Source: Bdellovibrionales bacterium (GTDB taxonomy: Bacteria > Bdellovibrionota > Bdellovibrionia > Bdellovibrionales > UBA1609). From it: a stretch of DNA of 64,000 bases. The notes below the pieces were generated by a model, which had not been told where the DNA came from, did no database searches, and worked only from the letters and a program-made list of their open reading frames with translations. Below are positions 28,209 to 36,921 of this stretch, piece after piece. Location: contig JADJVA010000020.1 in NCBI GenBank assembly GCA_016716765.1, positions 926,459 to 990,458 of the forward strand. The letters are read 5' to 3'. The position numbers and the translations under genes were made by a program. How positions within the stretch are numbered: the stretch's first letter is position 1; the number at the start of each line of letters is the position of its first letter.

Positions 28209-29432
28209 ATGCCATTACTGACCACTTTGCTGATCCTTATCATCGTCGCCAGACTTTTTGGCCAAATTTTTCAGCGGTATCAACTGCCTTCAATTGTGGG
28301 AGAGATGTTGGCCGGCGTTCTGCTTGGGCCCAGCCTCCTGAACCTCATCCATACAAATGCCGCCCTTGCAGGAATATCAGAGCTCGCCGTGTTTCTCGTC
28401 GTTCTTTCCGCTGGATTGGAAATGAATTTTAAGGATATTGTCAGCGCCCTCACAAGCAAAGGTATCGTGATCGCCATTCTGGGATTTATTATTCCTCTGA
28501 CTGCAGGAATGCTTGTTGGCATTGCCTTTCAGCTGACCATTATGAAAACTATTTTTTTGGGGCTATGTATTTCTATCACCGCCTTGCCTGTGGCCATCAG
28601 AATTCTCCAAAACTTTGGCATTCTGGATTCTGATATCGCTCGATACTCCATAGCGACAGCGATATTTAATGATGTGGCTGCCCTTCTGGCTCTGGGAGTA
28701 ATTCTCAACCTGCCCTCTCAGGGCTCTATGTTGGCGGTGGGGATCTCAATTTTTATTATTGGAAGCAAACTCATCTTTCTTGCTGCCTGCATTCTGGGAT
28801 TCAATTGGTTTATTGAGCAATTAGTTGACCGCGGAATCCATATCCAAAAGATTCCAGAAAAAATCGTCGAGATTCTGGGAAATGAAGCCCTATTTGGAAT
28901 TGTTGTGCTTTTTGCCCTTGTTTTTGGCTCTCTGAGCGAAATTCTGGGCTTTCATTTTGTCATTGGCGCATTTTTTGGTGCGCTCTTGATTGATAAGAAG
29001 TTCTTTCTTGTATCTCGATATCATGAACTTGAAAGAACTCTTGGATCGATTACAGGTGGATTTCTGGCTCCCGTTTTCTTTGCTTATTTGGGCCTAGAAT
29101 TCAATGTGAAGGCGATGGATTCGGCCTTATTCGTCGTCGTCGTTTTAATTGTGTCAGTTCTATCAAAAGTATTTTCCGGCTGGCTGGGAGGTAAACTTCT
29201 TTCCCTTCCCCACGCGGATTGTCTTGGCATAGGCGTTATTCTTAATGGCCGGGGAATCATGGAATTGGTCGTCGCTGGAATAGCCTACCAGCGGGGACTC
29301 ATTGAACAGGGATTGTTTTCGACCTTGGTTCTCATGGGTGTTTTTACTACCATTATCACCCCACTTATGTTTAGAAAATGGGTGTCTCCCTTGCTCCCCA
29401 AACGGCTCTACTCAAACAAATTGCCTGTTTAG
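28209..29432 (+). CDS. Cation:proton antiporter (CPA2/Kef-NapA type)
   Basis: About 12 TM segments. The N-terminus LLILIIVARLFGQIFQRYQLPSIVGEMLAGVLLGPS is typical of Na+/H+ exchanger family proteins. The start is ambiguous (28179 or 28209). Confidence 0.8.
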   Translation: MPLLTTLLILIIVARLFGQIFQRYQLPSIVGEMLAGVLLGPSLLNLIHTNAALAGISELAVFLVVLSAGLEMNFKDIVSALTSKGIVIAILGFIIPLTAGMLVGIAFQLTIMKTIFLGLCISITALPVAIRILQNFGILDSDIARYSIATAIFNDVAALLALGVILNLPSQGSMLAVGISIFIIGSKLIFLAACILGFNWFIEQLVDRGIHIQKIPEKIVEILGNEALFGIVVLFALVFGSLSEILGFHFVIGAFFGALLIDKKFFLVSRYHELERTLGSITGGFLAPVFFAYLGLEFNVKAMDSALFVVVVLIVSVLSKVFSGWLGGKLLSLPHADCLGIGVILNGRGIMELVVAGIAYQRGLIEQGLFSTLVLMGVFTTIITPLMFRKWVSPLLPKRLYSNKLPV

Positions 29433-29660
29433 GACCTTTTGCAATACAACTAAACCCTATTATCAGTATCGAAGCTACGAAACTTCGACTCAATTCGTAG
29501 ACGCAACAGGGCTATTCATCATTGTCTTACAGCTGGACTTAATCTTTCTGAAACGCTTTGGCATACTAATCTCAACTCCAAGGACGTCGCGGCTTTTAGA
29601 GCTCTGACAGGGAGTTGATTGAAGGTTTTTTGACTTTTCTCAACTTTGAGAGGAAACACC

Positions 29661-30305
29661 ATGGCCGGTTTCTCCATTCAAGTCCCGCTACCGTTACCGC
29701 GACCGCGACCGCTCAAATCTGAAGCTGAAGTGAATTGCTTCTCTTCATCCTGTCAAAAATGGATGGGGGTGGCTTTCCCAGCGCCTTACCTCGCACAAAA
29801 CAGAGTGATAGGATTTTTCTCAAGAACCCAAGAATTAGTGGGGGGGTTCGCCTTGATCACTCAACCTCCCTTTCGAGTGATTTCAAGTCTCCCTGATGAG
29901 GCAGTCGCAAAAATTTCACATCTTAAATACGAACACGATTCCCTTTTTGAAATCACTGGATTGTGGCTTAACCCAAGTTACAAAAGTCGTCTGACCAATT
30001 TTCTCTTCTACTTAACAATTTACAAAGAAATTAGATTTTTACGAAGACCGTACTTTATTTACGCCTACTCTTCCTCGAAACCAAAATTGGGAGAGATCTA
30101 TTCCATTGCAAAACCCGTCACAATCTACCAAGGCCCCACTCTCCTCTTACCAGGTATGGCTGGCCCGGATGATGAAATCGTCCAGATTGGCTCCGTCGAA
30201 GCACTCAACAAAGCCTGGAGGTCAAATCCTGGTTTTCTTTTTAATCGACTGCGTCGCCCTCGTTCCTCCAGTTTTTATCAAAAACCAATGGATATAGAAT
30301 TATGA
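29661..30305 (+). CDS. Hypothetical protein, GNAT-like acyltransferase suspected (N-acyl-amino-acid-synthase-like size)
   Basis: GAGAGGA SD before the ATG at 29661. The strand-helix pattern ...LFEITGLWLNPSYKSRLTNFLFY... resembles a GNAT beta4-alpha3 core. No confident family by eye. Confidence 0.35.
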   Translation: MAGFSIQVPLPLPRPRPLKSEAEVNCFSSSCQKWMGVAFPAPYLAQNRVIGFFSRTQELVGGFALITQPPFRVISSLPDEAVAKISHLKYEHDSLFEITGLWLNPSYKSRLTNFLFYLTIYKEIRFLRRPYFIYAYSSSKPKLGEIYSIAKPVTIYQGPTLLLPGMAGPDDEIVQIGSVEALNKAWRSNPGFLFNRLRRPRSSSFYQKPMDIEL

Positions 30306-31594
30306 TAGAACCTAAACTGATAGATTTGATAGATTCGGAATTATCTTCGGGCGAGAAAAATCAATTTACCAAGAAGGCCACTGGCCTCCAGGCCGACTCA
30401 AGCCTTACCGAAAGCGTTGTTGAGAAAATTTTTAAAGACCGCTCGCACTGCCGCCTAGCTGATATTCAGGATGAGCCCGAATTGCTACGGTTTATGAATA
30501 TGCAGCCAATGCAAACGAAGAACTGGTCTCTCAGTTTTCAACGCGGGAAAGACTACTTTTCTTTTTATCGATTGAGCGGAGGGTCATTTTTCCCATTTGT
30601 CATGACAAACTCCCAAGGATCCATATGTGGATCATCGGGACTCATCAGAACCTCGACAGCTGTCAGAGGGGAGCCAAGCCTATTGGGATATTTGTGCGAT
30701 CTGCGCGTGGATCCGCGAGCGCCTGCAAGACGAAAATCTGATTGGCGATCTATTTATCTGGATCTCATCACTCAGCTTCGCACAACTCAGAACCCAAATG
30801 AAAGATGTGACTACTTTGTAACATCTGTTCTCGATACGAATCTTCGGGCACTTCAAGTATTGACGAAAAAGTTAGCAGGAATTCAATATCTTCCGCTGCA
30901 GCAATACAATGCGCGAAGCCTGCTTTTTCATCCCTGGCCAGGTATCTACAATCGATTGGACAATCACCTGCTTGTAAAAACCAATCAAAAAATTGATCGG
31001 GCCTATCTCGAGGACTGGCAAAAAATGAATGCAGGCTCTTTAGGTCTCCCTTATCTGCCTGATCAAATGGCCATAGATAAATACTTGGGACATCTCGATA
31101 ACCACTGGCGCCCCCTCAATCCCTTCCCCACGATTGAGGTGACAGATAAAGTAGGAAACAAACTTGGTGCCTGCTGGCCATGGCTCGGATCAAGTGTGCG
31201 CGCTCCGGTCGTGCAAGGGCTCTCACCATTCCTCACTCGGATGGGCGGATTGCTTCCAAAGTTTGGTCGTGCACCAATTGTCAACGGTCAACCAATGTCT
31301 CAAATATACCTGACTCACTTGATGATTCATCCCCACCTCCCCAAAGAACAAAAACATAAGGTGCTTCGAAAACTCGTCCTTGAAACCTACAAACTGGCGG
31401 CTGAGGAAAAAGTACACTTGATTACTTGGATCGAAGGGAGATGGCCAGCTGCACCTCATGCCAATCTTCCTGATGGTCTCATTTTTGATATGCCTGCGAC
31501 CATGTATCAGGTCGTCCCCACTTCTTCGCTCTCCGATTCTCGTCTCCTGCTTCCGCATCACACTCCTCTCTATCTCGAAGGAGCGTCCTTATGA
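30302..31594 (+). CDS. Hypothetical protein with a GNAT-like N-terminal half
   Basis: ATGA overlap with the upstream gene. ...FVMTNSQGSICGSSGLIRTSTAVRGEPSLLGYLCDLRVDPRA... looks like a GNAT core. 430 aa, possibly two domains. Confidence 0.35.
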   Translation: MIEPKLIDLIDSELSSGEKNQFTKKATGLQADSSLTESVVEKIFKDRSHCRLADIQDEPELLRFMNMQPMQTKNWSLSFQRGKDYFSFYRLSGGSFFPFVMTNSQGSICGSSGLIRTSTAVRGEPSLLGYLCDLRVDPRAPARRKSDWRSIYLDLITQLRTTQNPNERCDYFVTSVLDTNLRALQVLTKKLAGIQYLPLQQYNARSLLFHPWPGIYNRLDNHLLVKTNQKIDRAYLEDWQKMNAGSLGLPYLPDQMAIDKYLGHLDNHWRPLNPFPTIEVTDKVGNKLGACWPWLGSSVRAPVVQGLSPFLTRMGGLLPKFGRAPIVNGQPMSQIYLTHLMIHPHLPKEQKHKVLRKLVLETYKLAAEEKVHLITWIEGRWPAAPHANLPDGLIFDMPATMYQVVPTSSLSDSRLLLPHHTPLYLEGASL

Positions 31595-32658
31595 AGGAAT
31601 GCATGAAAGAATATCTGACGACGAGCTCTCCAGAATCGCCCCTCCCCTTTCGTCATGCCACCAACATTGATTGGTGCGGAAAGTGGTTTGAAGTTGCAAG
31701 AAAGCGTGGCGAAAATCACATTGTCTCCTTTGGTCGCGGAATACCTGACCCGAACCAAAATGGCCTTGTCCAGAAAAAAGAATTCCACAATTTCTCTCAC
31801 ACTGAGATGGACGGCATCTCGGCGATGAATGTTTGCTTACAAAAGCTAGGACAAGGCTCAAGGTTTTTTCCCGAAATGAAGAACAAAGAGGCTCCCTCCG
31901 GATTAGAAAATATCCATGCTCTTCGCAGGGCCTTAAAAAAGCAATCCGGAGCGAATGCCGATTGGATACCTCCAAACCAACCAATCAGAAATCTCAATGA
32001 AACGGCTGTGCTAGGATTCTCAGCCGATGAAACCTCTCGCATCCTAAAAGCCCTGCCTTCGCAAAAAACCAATTTGGATGGTCTTCTGTTGAGCTTGCTG
32101 GACACTAAAGCAAGGGAGCTCCTAAAAGATCCCAACCAAACAGCTAAGTGGCTTTTTCCCATCAATATGCGAGGGACTTCAATGGCAGTCGACGCGATCT
32201 GTAACCAAGTGAGCTTTATCACTCTGCTGAGCCACCCCCCTTGGTCTTCAAGCCAAATCCAAGACCAAATCAAACAGGCCCTACAAAATTCAGAACACTG
32301 GGCAAACTGGAATGTCTGTTCGATGGGCAAATATTTCGGGAACTTTGGTATGAGCTACCTTTCAAAGCGAAGCTCCAAACGAAATTTTTGGATGGGAACC
32401 TTCTCTAATCTGGGCAGCTGGCAGACAGATACCTTTTACAAGGAATGGGATCCAAGTGAGGTTTGGTTCACCTCTCCTCCCGGATCTCCCAACTATCCAA
32501 TAGGATTTGTCCATTGTGTTTTTAACGGAAAACTGAGTTTAAGCCTTAAGCTTCACCCATTTACTGGACGCGATGTGATCTGGGCAAACGACACCCTAGA
32601 ATTCATGCGTCAAAAATTGCTTCGCTCCTCAAAAACTGATGTTTCGACTGAGCCTTAA
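31591..32658 (+). CDS. Hypothetical protein with an HxxxDG motif (condensation/WS-DGAT/CAT-superfamily acyltransferase suspected)
   Basis: ATGA overlap with the upstream gene. The motif FSHTEMDGISA sits unusually close to the N-terminus (about aa 70) for this superfamily. 355 aa. Confidence 0.35.
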   Translation: MKECMKEYLTTSSPESPLPFRHATNIDWCGKWFEVARKRGENHIVSFGRGIPDPNQNGLVQKKEFHNFSHTEMDGISAMNVCLQKLGQGSRFFPEMKNKEAPSGLENIHALRRALKKQSGANADWIPPNQPIRNLNETAVLGFSADETSRILKALPSQKTNLDGLLLSLLDTKARELLKDPNQTAKWLFPINMRGTSMAVDAICNQVSFITLLSHPPWSSSQIQDQIKQALQNSEHWANWNVCSMGKYFGNFGMSYLSKRSSKRNFWMGTFSNLGSWQTDTFYKEWDPSEVWFTSPPGSPNYPIGFVHCVFNGKLSLSLKLHPFTGRDVIWANDTLEFMRQKLLRSSKTDVSTEP

Positions 32659-34000
32659 TGTGAATTCACAGAAACAGAAACACCGTCGCACTCTCTCTCG
32701 TGTACCATTTTTAATCATCACGCTCCTTTGCTGCTACATGATCCCACCCCTGTGGCCATCCGCACTTGCTGCGGCAGTATGGGACAATTTTCAGATCTCC
32801 ACCAAATGGTTTTCGACTCTCACCGAATCAAATGTTTCCTACGAAGATCTGAATCGTAGCAATGCACTCAAGATTCCTTCTCAAATTCTGGATTCTCAAC
32901 TCCGCGAGGATCTTCGCGCCTACTATTCAAGTTTCGTGGTTACTCTGCGGCCCACTTTATCGCTTTCTCGAAGGACCCAAGCTGAAGGCTTAGATCTAAA
33001 CACCAAAACAGCCAGCACCACCCTGATCAGATGGAATGAAGCTTTCGTACAGTGGAACCTTTCGGACTCATTGTTCACTGTCTATGGCGTTCAAAATTTC
33101 CAGTGGGGACCCGCTGAGTCTTTTAATCCAAGCAATGGGATTTTTCGTGAAACGGCTCAGCAGAAAATTCTAACTCACCAATCAAGAGGAAAGCATCTCC
33201 TTCGCTTCAATTACTCCTGGACCCCTCAAATAAATACAATATTTTTAGCGGAGCTATCTGATAATAGCGGCGATAGTCCGTTTCTCAAGGATGTAGAGTT
33301 TCGCCAAAAGGTACTTCAAAAAACTGAACTCAATTGGAATTCGGGATCCGACTATGCCGGAATCGTCGTCGGGGGTGAAGATTCCTCGTCTCCCTATTTT
33401 GGAGAATACTTTAATTTGTCGATATTTGAAGGGCTGAGCCTTTACGGTGATGGCAAACATCAAAGAGGAAGCGAAAGCTGGTATCCAACAGAGAATGCAA
33501 GCACCTCACTGGTCACCCTGGAACAGACTCAGCAGGAGTCTCTCCAGTTTTTTTCATCGGGCGTTCTGGGGCTGCGTTACGCTTTTGAGAATGGTTCTGA
33601 TTTGCACTACGAGTTGATCAGCTACGCACCTGGATACAGCGAACAAGATCACCAGATTTTTCTTCGAGCACTCGTCCCCTCCTCCATCGGCCAAATGCAA
33701 AAAACCTCCACTTGGATTCATCGTGTCGATGGATTGGGTCTGGAATTTCCCGGCCAAAAATTCTCTTATATATCCTTGAGAGTTCCTGATTTTTTCAGGA
33801 TTTTAAACTGGAATTTAATGGCAAGAGCGATACGATCACACACAGATCAGAGCTACCAGTACTATGTCAGCTCGGACTGGACCATGGGACCTGCCGGCAC
33901 CTGGACTCTGGCTGGGTTGTTTTCACCAAGCGCACAAAACAAAGAGTTGGGCTCACCCGCTCACACTACTATATATTTTGGCTATGAGCATGTATGGTAG
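32639..34000 (+). CDS. Putative outer-membrane beta-barrel protein
   Basis: N-terminal hydrophobic segment ending ...PSALA, abundant alternating aromatic/polar strands, and a C-terminal ...IYFGYEHVW with a terminal aromatic residue. It overlaps the upstream gene by 20 nt. Confidence 0.5.
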   Translation: MFRLSLNVNSQKQKHRRTLSRVPFLIITLLCCYMIPPLWPSALAAAVWDNFQISTKWFSTLTESNVSYEDLNRSNALKIPSQILDSQLREDLRAYYSSFVVTLRPTLSLSRRTQAEGLDLNTKTASTTLIRWNEAFVQWNLSDSLFTVYGVQNFQWGPAESFNPSNGIFRETAQQKILTHQSRGKHLLRFNYSWTPQINTIFLAELSDNSGDSPFLKDVEFRQKVLQKTELNWNSGSDYAGIVVGGEDSSSPYFGEYFNLSIFEGLSLYGDGKHQRGSESWYPTENASTSLVTLEQTQQESLQFFSSGVLGLRYAFENGSDLHYELISYAPGYSEQDHQIFLRALVPSSIGQMQKTSTWIHRVDGLGLEFPGQKFSYISLRVPDFFRILNWNLMARAIRSHTDQSYQYYVSSDWTMGPAGTWTLAGLFSPSAQNKELGSPAHTTIYFGYEHVW

Positions 34001-34048
34001 TAACACTGTCCGGTGAGCACACAAAGCCATGAAGACTGAGGCGAGAAA

Positions 34049-34768
34049 ATGATTAAGCAAACTGACCCGAAAGCCGCATTCAAGGTCCCTGAAAAATTCA
34101 TTGTGACTGTTCAAAATCTCAAGAAATCTTATCTCTTAGGAGAAACTAGGGTCCACGCCCTGAACGGTGTAAATTTGCATCTCAGCGCCGGAGCATTTAC
34201 TGCCCTTATCGGAGCTTCTGGGTCTGGTAAAAGCACCCTTTTGAATATGATTGGCTGCATAGATGACCCAAGCGAGGGCACTGTCCTCATCGATGAAATC
34301 AATATACAAAATCTGAATGACACAGAAAAAAGTCGCTTAAGAAATCAAAAAATTGGATTTATATTTCAATCGTTCAATCTGATTCCAGTCCTTAATGTTT
34401 TCGAGAATGTTGAACTTCCTCTTCTGATCCAACCTCATCTCACTCGAAAAGAAAGGGAATATCGAGTTCATCAAGCCATCTCAGACGTTGGCCTAAAGGA
34501 TTTTATACTCCACCGACCGGACCAACTTTCTGGGGGACAAAGACAAAGAGTGGCAATTGCTCGAGCCTTGGTCACTCAACCACGCCTGGTCTTAGCCGAT
34601 GAGCCCACTGCCAACCTGGATTCTCAGACCTCTCATAAAATTATCGATCTCATGCTTGAACTCAACAGAAAACACAATGTTACTTTTCTATTTTCAACTC
34701 ATGATGAAAAGCTCATGAAAAGAGTGTCCCATATTTTACATATTCAGGATGGTTTAATGACTTTATGA
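34049..34768 (+). CDS. ABC transporter ATP-binding protein, LolD/MacB-type
   Basis: Walker A GASGSGKST, signature LSGGQRQRVAIARAL, Walker B LVLADEPT. Confidence 0.9.
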   Translation: MIKQTDPKAAFKVPEKFIVTVQNLKKSYLLGETRVHALNGVNLHLSAGAFTALIGASGSGKSTLLNMIGCIDDPSEGTVLIDEINIQNLNDTEKSRLRNQKIGFIFQSFNLIPVLNVFENVELPLLIQPHLTRKEREYRVHQAISDVGLKDFILHRPDQLSGGQRQRVAIARALVTQPRLVLADEPTANLDSQTSHKIIDLMLELNRKHNVTFLFSTHDEKLMKRVSHILHIQDGLMTL

Positions 34769-36129
34769 TCAAATTCTGGAAGCTCGCCTTTTATAACCTG
34801 AGGAGAAATCGTCGACGCAATTTGGCTACAATGATTTCCATTTCGTTTGGCCTTATCGGCCTCATGATGTTCGGCGGATACGTCAATCGCACCGACAACT
34901 TTTTGCGCGTTTACACCATCTTCGCTCTCAATACCGGTCACATCGCCATTTATGCCAGAGATGGACTTGAAAAGTTTCGCTATAAACCTCAAAACCACAG
35001 TTTTGATGTCGTCTCTCAAGCTAAGATCGAAACCATACTAAATGGACACAAAGAGAAAATAGACTCTTATTCCAAAATCTTATCTGGCACTGGCCTAGTG
35101 GGAAATGGCTGCCAAAGTTTTCCCTTCTATGTATCGTCCATAGAACCCGAAATCGACCTGAAATTGCGTACTCATGAGCAAATGCTGAAATGGGCTCCAG
35201 AATTATCCAAATTCATTAAAGGCCGCGCCCTCGGCGAATACAAAGAGGAGACCTCTCCTTTGTCTATTAGCAAAGGACTCGCCCGACTACTGCACAAACC
35301 ACTGGTGTTTGATGAGGTTCCTGTCGGAGGAAATCAAATAAGGGCCATTGATTGCTCTAGCCCAGATGCAAAACAACTCATTGAATCGGATTCAAACATC
35401 CAGCTTCTGACTGGAACTTGGCAGGGAACGACCTCTGCCTTAGATGGCGAAATTGTCTCTCAATTTTCGACAGGATTTTCAGAAACAGATCAGGGGGCCT
35501 TAATAGCACCACTCAAGTACCTCCAGAATCTCTTCGATACGGATCGTATTGGTCACTACTCTGTTTGGCTTCGCAGTCCGAGTAAAATTGATTCTGTCAT
35601 GGCAACTCTCAAATCTGAACTCGCGGCAAATGATATATTGGCAGATACTTATCCCTGGTATCACGAAGACCTCAGCCCAACCTACAATGGGGCTCTCAGA
35701 TTTCTCCGAGTCATGATTGCCTTTATTGGAATCGTCTTGTCAGCTATTATTACCTTGTCCATATTGAATTCATCCACCATGACTGTAACCGAGCGCTCAG
35801 CCGAAATAGGGATGATGAGAGCTCTCGGATTTACTCGAAATCGAATTCGCCTTGTTTTTGTTCAAGAGGCCGGACTGGTTGGATGTCTTGGACTATTTGG
35901 CGGGCTTCTTTTGGGAAACCTTATTATCACGCTCATAAATGCTCAAAACATTCCATTTACTCCCCCTGGAGCCTCCCATGAAATTCCCATGCTTCTCCTG
36001 CCTCACTTTGGTTTTACTGTAATTACTTGTGGATCTATTCTTCTCCTAAATTTACTTACAACATGGTTTGTTGTTGGGCAAATCAGTCAAAAGAATATTT
36101 CTCATCTGATTATGGGACATCATGGTTAA
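34765..36129 (+). CDS. FtsX-family ABC permease with a large periplasmic domain (LolC/E-MacB-like)
   Basis: N-terminal TM, then a ~270-aa soluble region, then three C-terminal TMs with ...TERSAEIGMMRALGFTRNRI... ATGA overlap with the ATPase gene. Confidence 0.8.
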   Translation: MIKFWKLAFYNLRRNRRRNLATMISISFGLIGLMMFGGYVNRTDNFLRVYTIFALNTGHIAIYARDGLEKFRYKPQNHSFDVVSQAKIETILNGHKEKIDSYSKILSGTGLVGNGCQSFPFYVSSIEPEIDLKLRTHEQMLKWAPELSKFIKGRALGEYKEETSPLSISKGLARLLHKPLVFDEVPVGGNQIRAIDCSSPDAKQLIESDSNIQLLTGTWQGTTSALDGEIVSQFSTGFSETDQGALIAPLKYLQNLFDTDRIGHYSVWLRSPSKIDSVMATLKSELAANDILADTYPWYHEDLSPTYNGALRFLRVMIAFIGIVLSAIITLSILNSSTMTVTERSAEIGMMRALGFTRNRIRLVFVQEAGLVGCLGLFGGLLLGNLIITLINAQNIPFTPPGASHEIPMLLLPHFGFTVITCGSILLLNLLTTWFVVGQISQKNISHLIMGHHG

Positions 36130-36153
36130 GTCATTTTCAATATTGGAGATTCT

Positions 36154-36921
36154 ATGCGGACAACACAAAGACATACTCTGTATCTCAGAATCATATGCGC
36201 GTGCCTTCTCTTCGCGACACTCGCTCAGGGTGAAAGCAAATATTCGGCAGAATCTCTATTAAAGGAGTCCGACCGGGCTCGTGGAGCTGCTGATCAAACC
36301 GAAGGAATATCATGGAAAGCCCACATCCATACAGAGGACAACGGAAATACCTCCAATATCGACTATCTCATCAAAGTTCGTGGAGACAATGCAATCGCCG
36401 AGGCACTTTTCCCCCCTCGAAATAAAGGACAGATAAGCCTCTTCAACAATCGTAGCGTTTGGTTTTATAAACCGGGTTTAAAAAAACCCGTTTCGGTATC
36501 ACCACGCCAAAAGCTATCTGGCCAAGCGGCCAATGGTGATATTGCCTCGACAAATTACGCCCGCGATTATATTGGGAAAATTGTGGGAGAGGAAAATCTC
36601 GATGGAATTCAGACTTACAAATTGGAACTGAAAGCCAAGGTAAAGGATGTCACTTACGATCAAATCCTCTACTGGATATCAAAGGACAAGCGGCTGGCGA
36701 TCAAGGCCGACTTCCTAACAGTGAACGGGGCTCCCTTTAAAAGGGCTACTTTCCAATATGATAACCATCTTTCTCTTGGCGGAAAGACCTTCCCCTTTGT
36801 GAGCAAGATGAGCATTGTCGACGTAAACAATGAAAAAAATCTGACGACTCTCTCGTATCAGGAACCAAAAGAAGAAAAGCACTCCGCAAACATCTTCAAT
36901 ATCAATAATATTATTAGGTGA
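36154..36921 (+). CDS. Outer-membrane lipoprotein-sorting (LolA-like) protein
   Basis: Signal peptide (LRIICACLLFATLAQG), then YKLELKAKVKDVTYDQILYWISKDKRLAIKADF, typical of LolA-like proteins encoded next to FtsX permeases. Confidence 0.65.
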   Translation: MRTTQRHTLYLRIICACLLFATLAQGESKYSAESLLKESDRARGAADQTEGISWKAHIHTEDNGNTSNIDYLIKVRGDNAIAEALFPPRNKGQISLFNNRSVWFYKPGLKKPVSVSPRQKLSGQAANGDIASTNYARDYIGKIVGEENLDGIQTYKLELKAKVKDVTYDQILYWISKDKRLAIKADFLTVNGAPFKRATFQYDNHLSLGGKTFPFVSKMSIVDVNNEKNLTTLSYQEPKEEKHSANIFNINNIIR

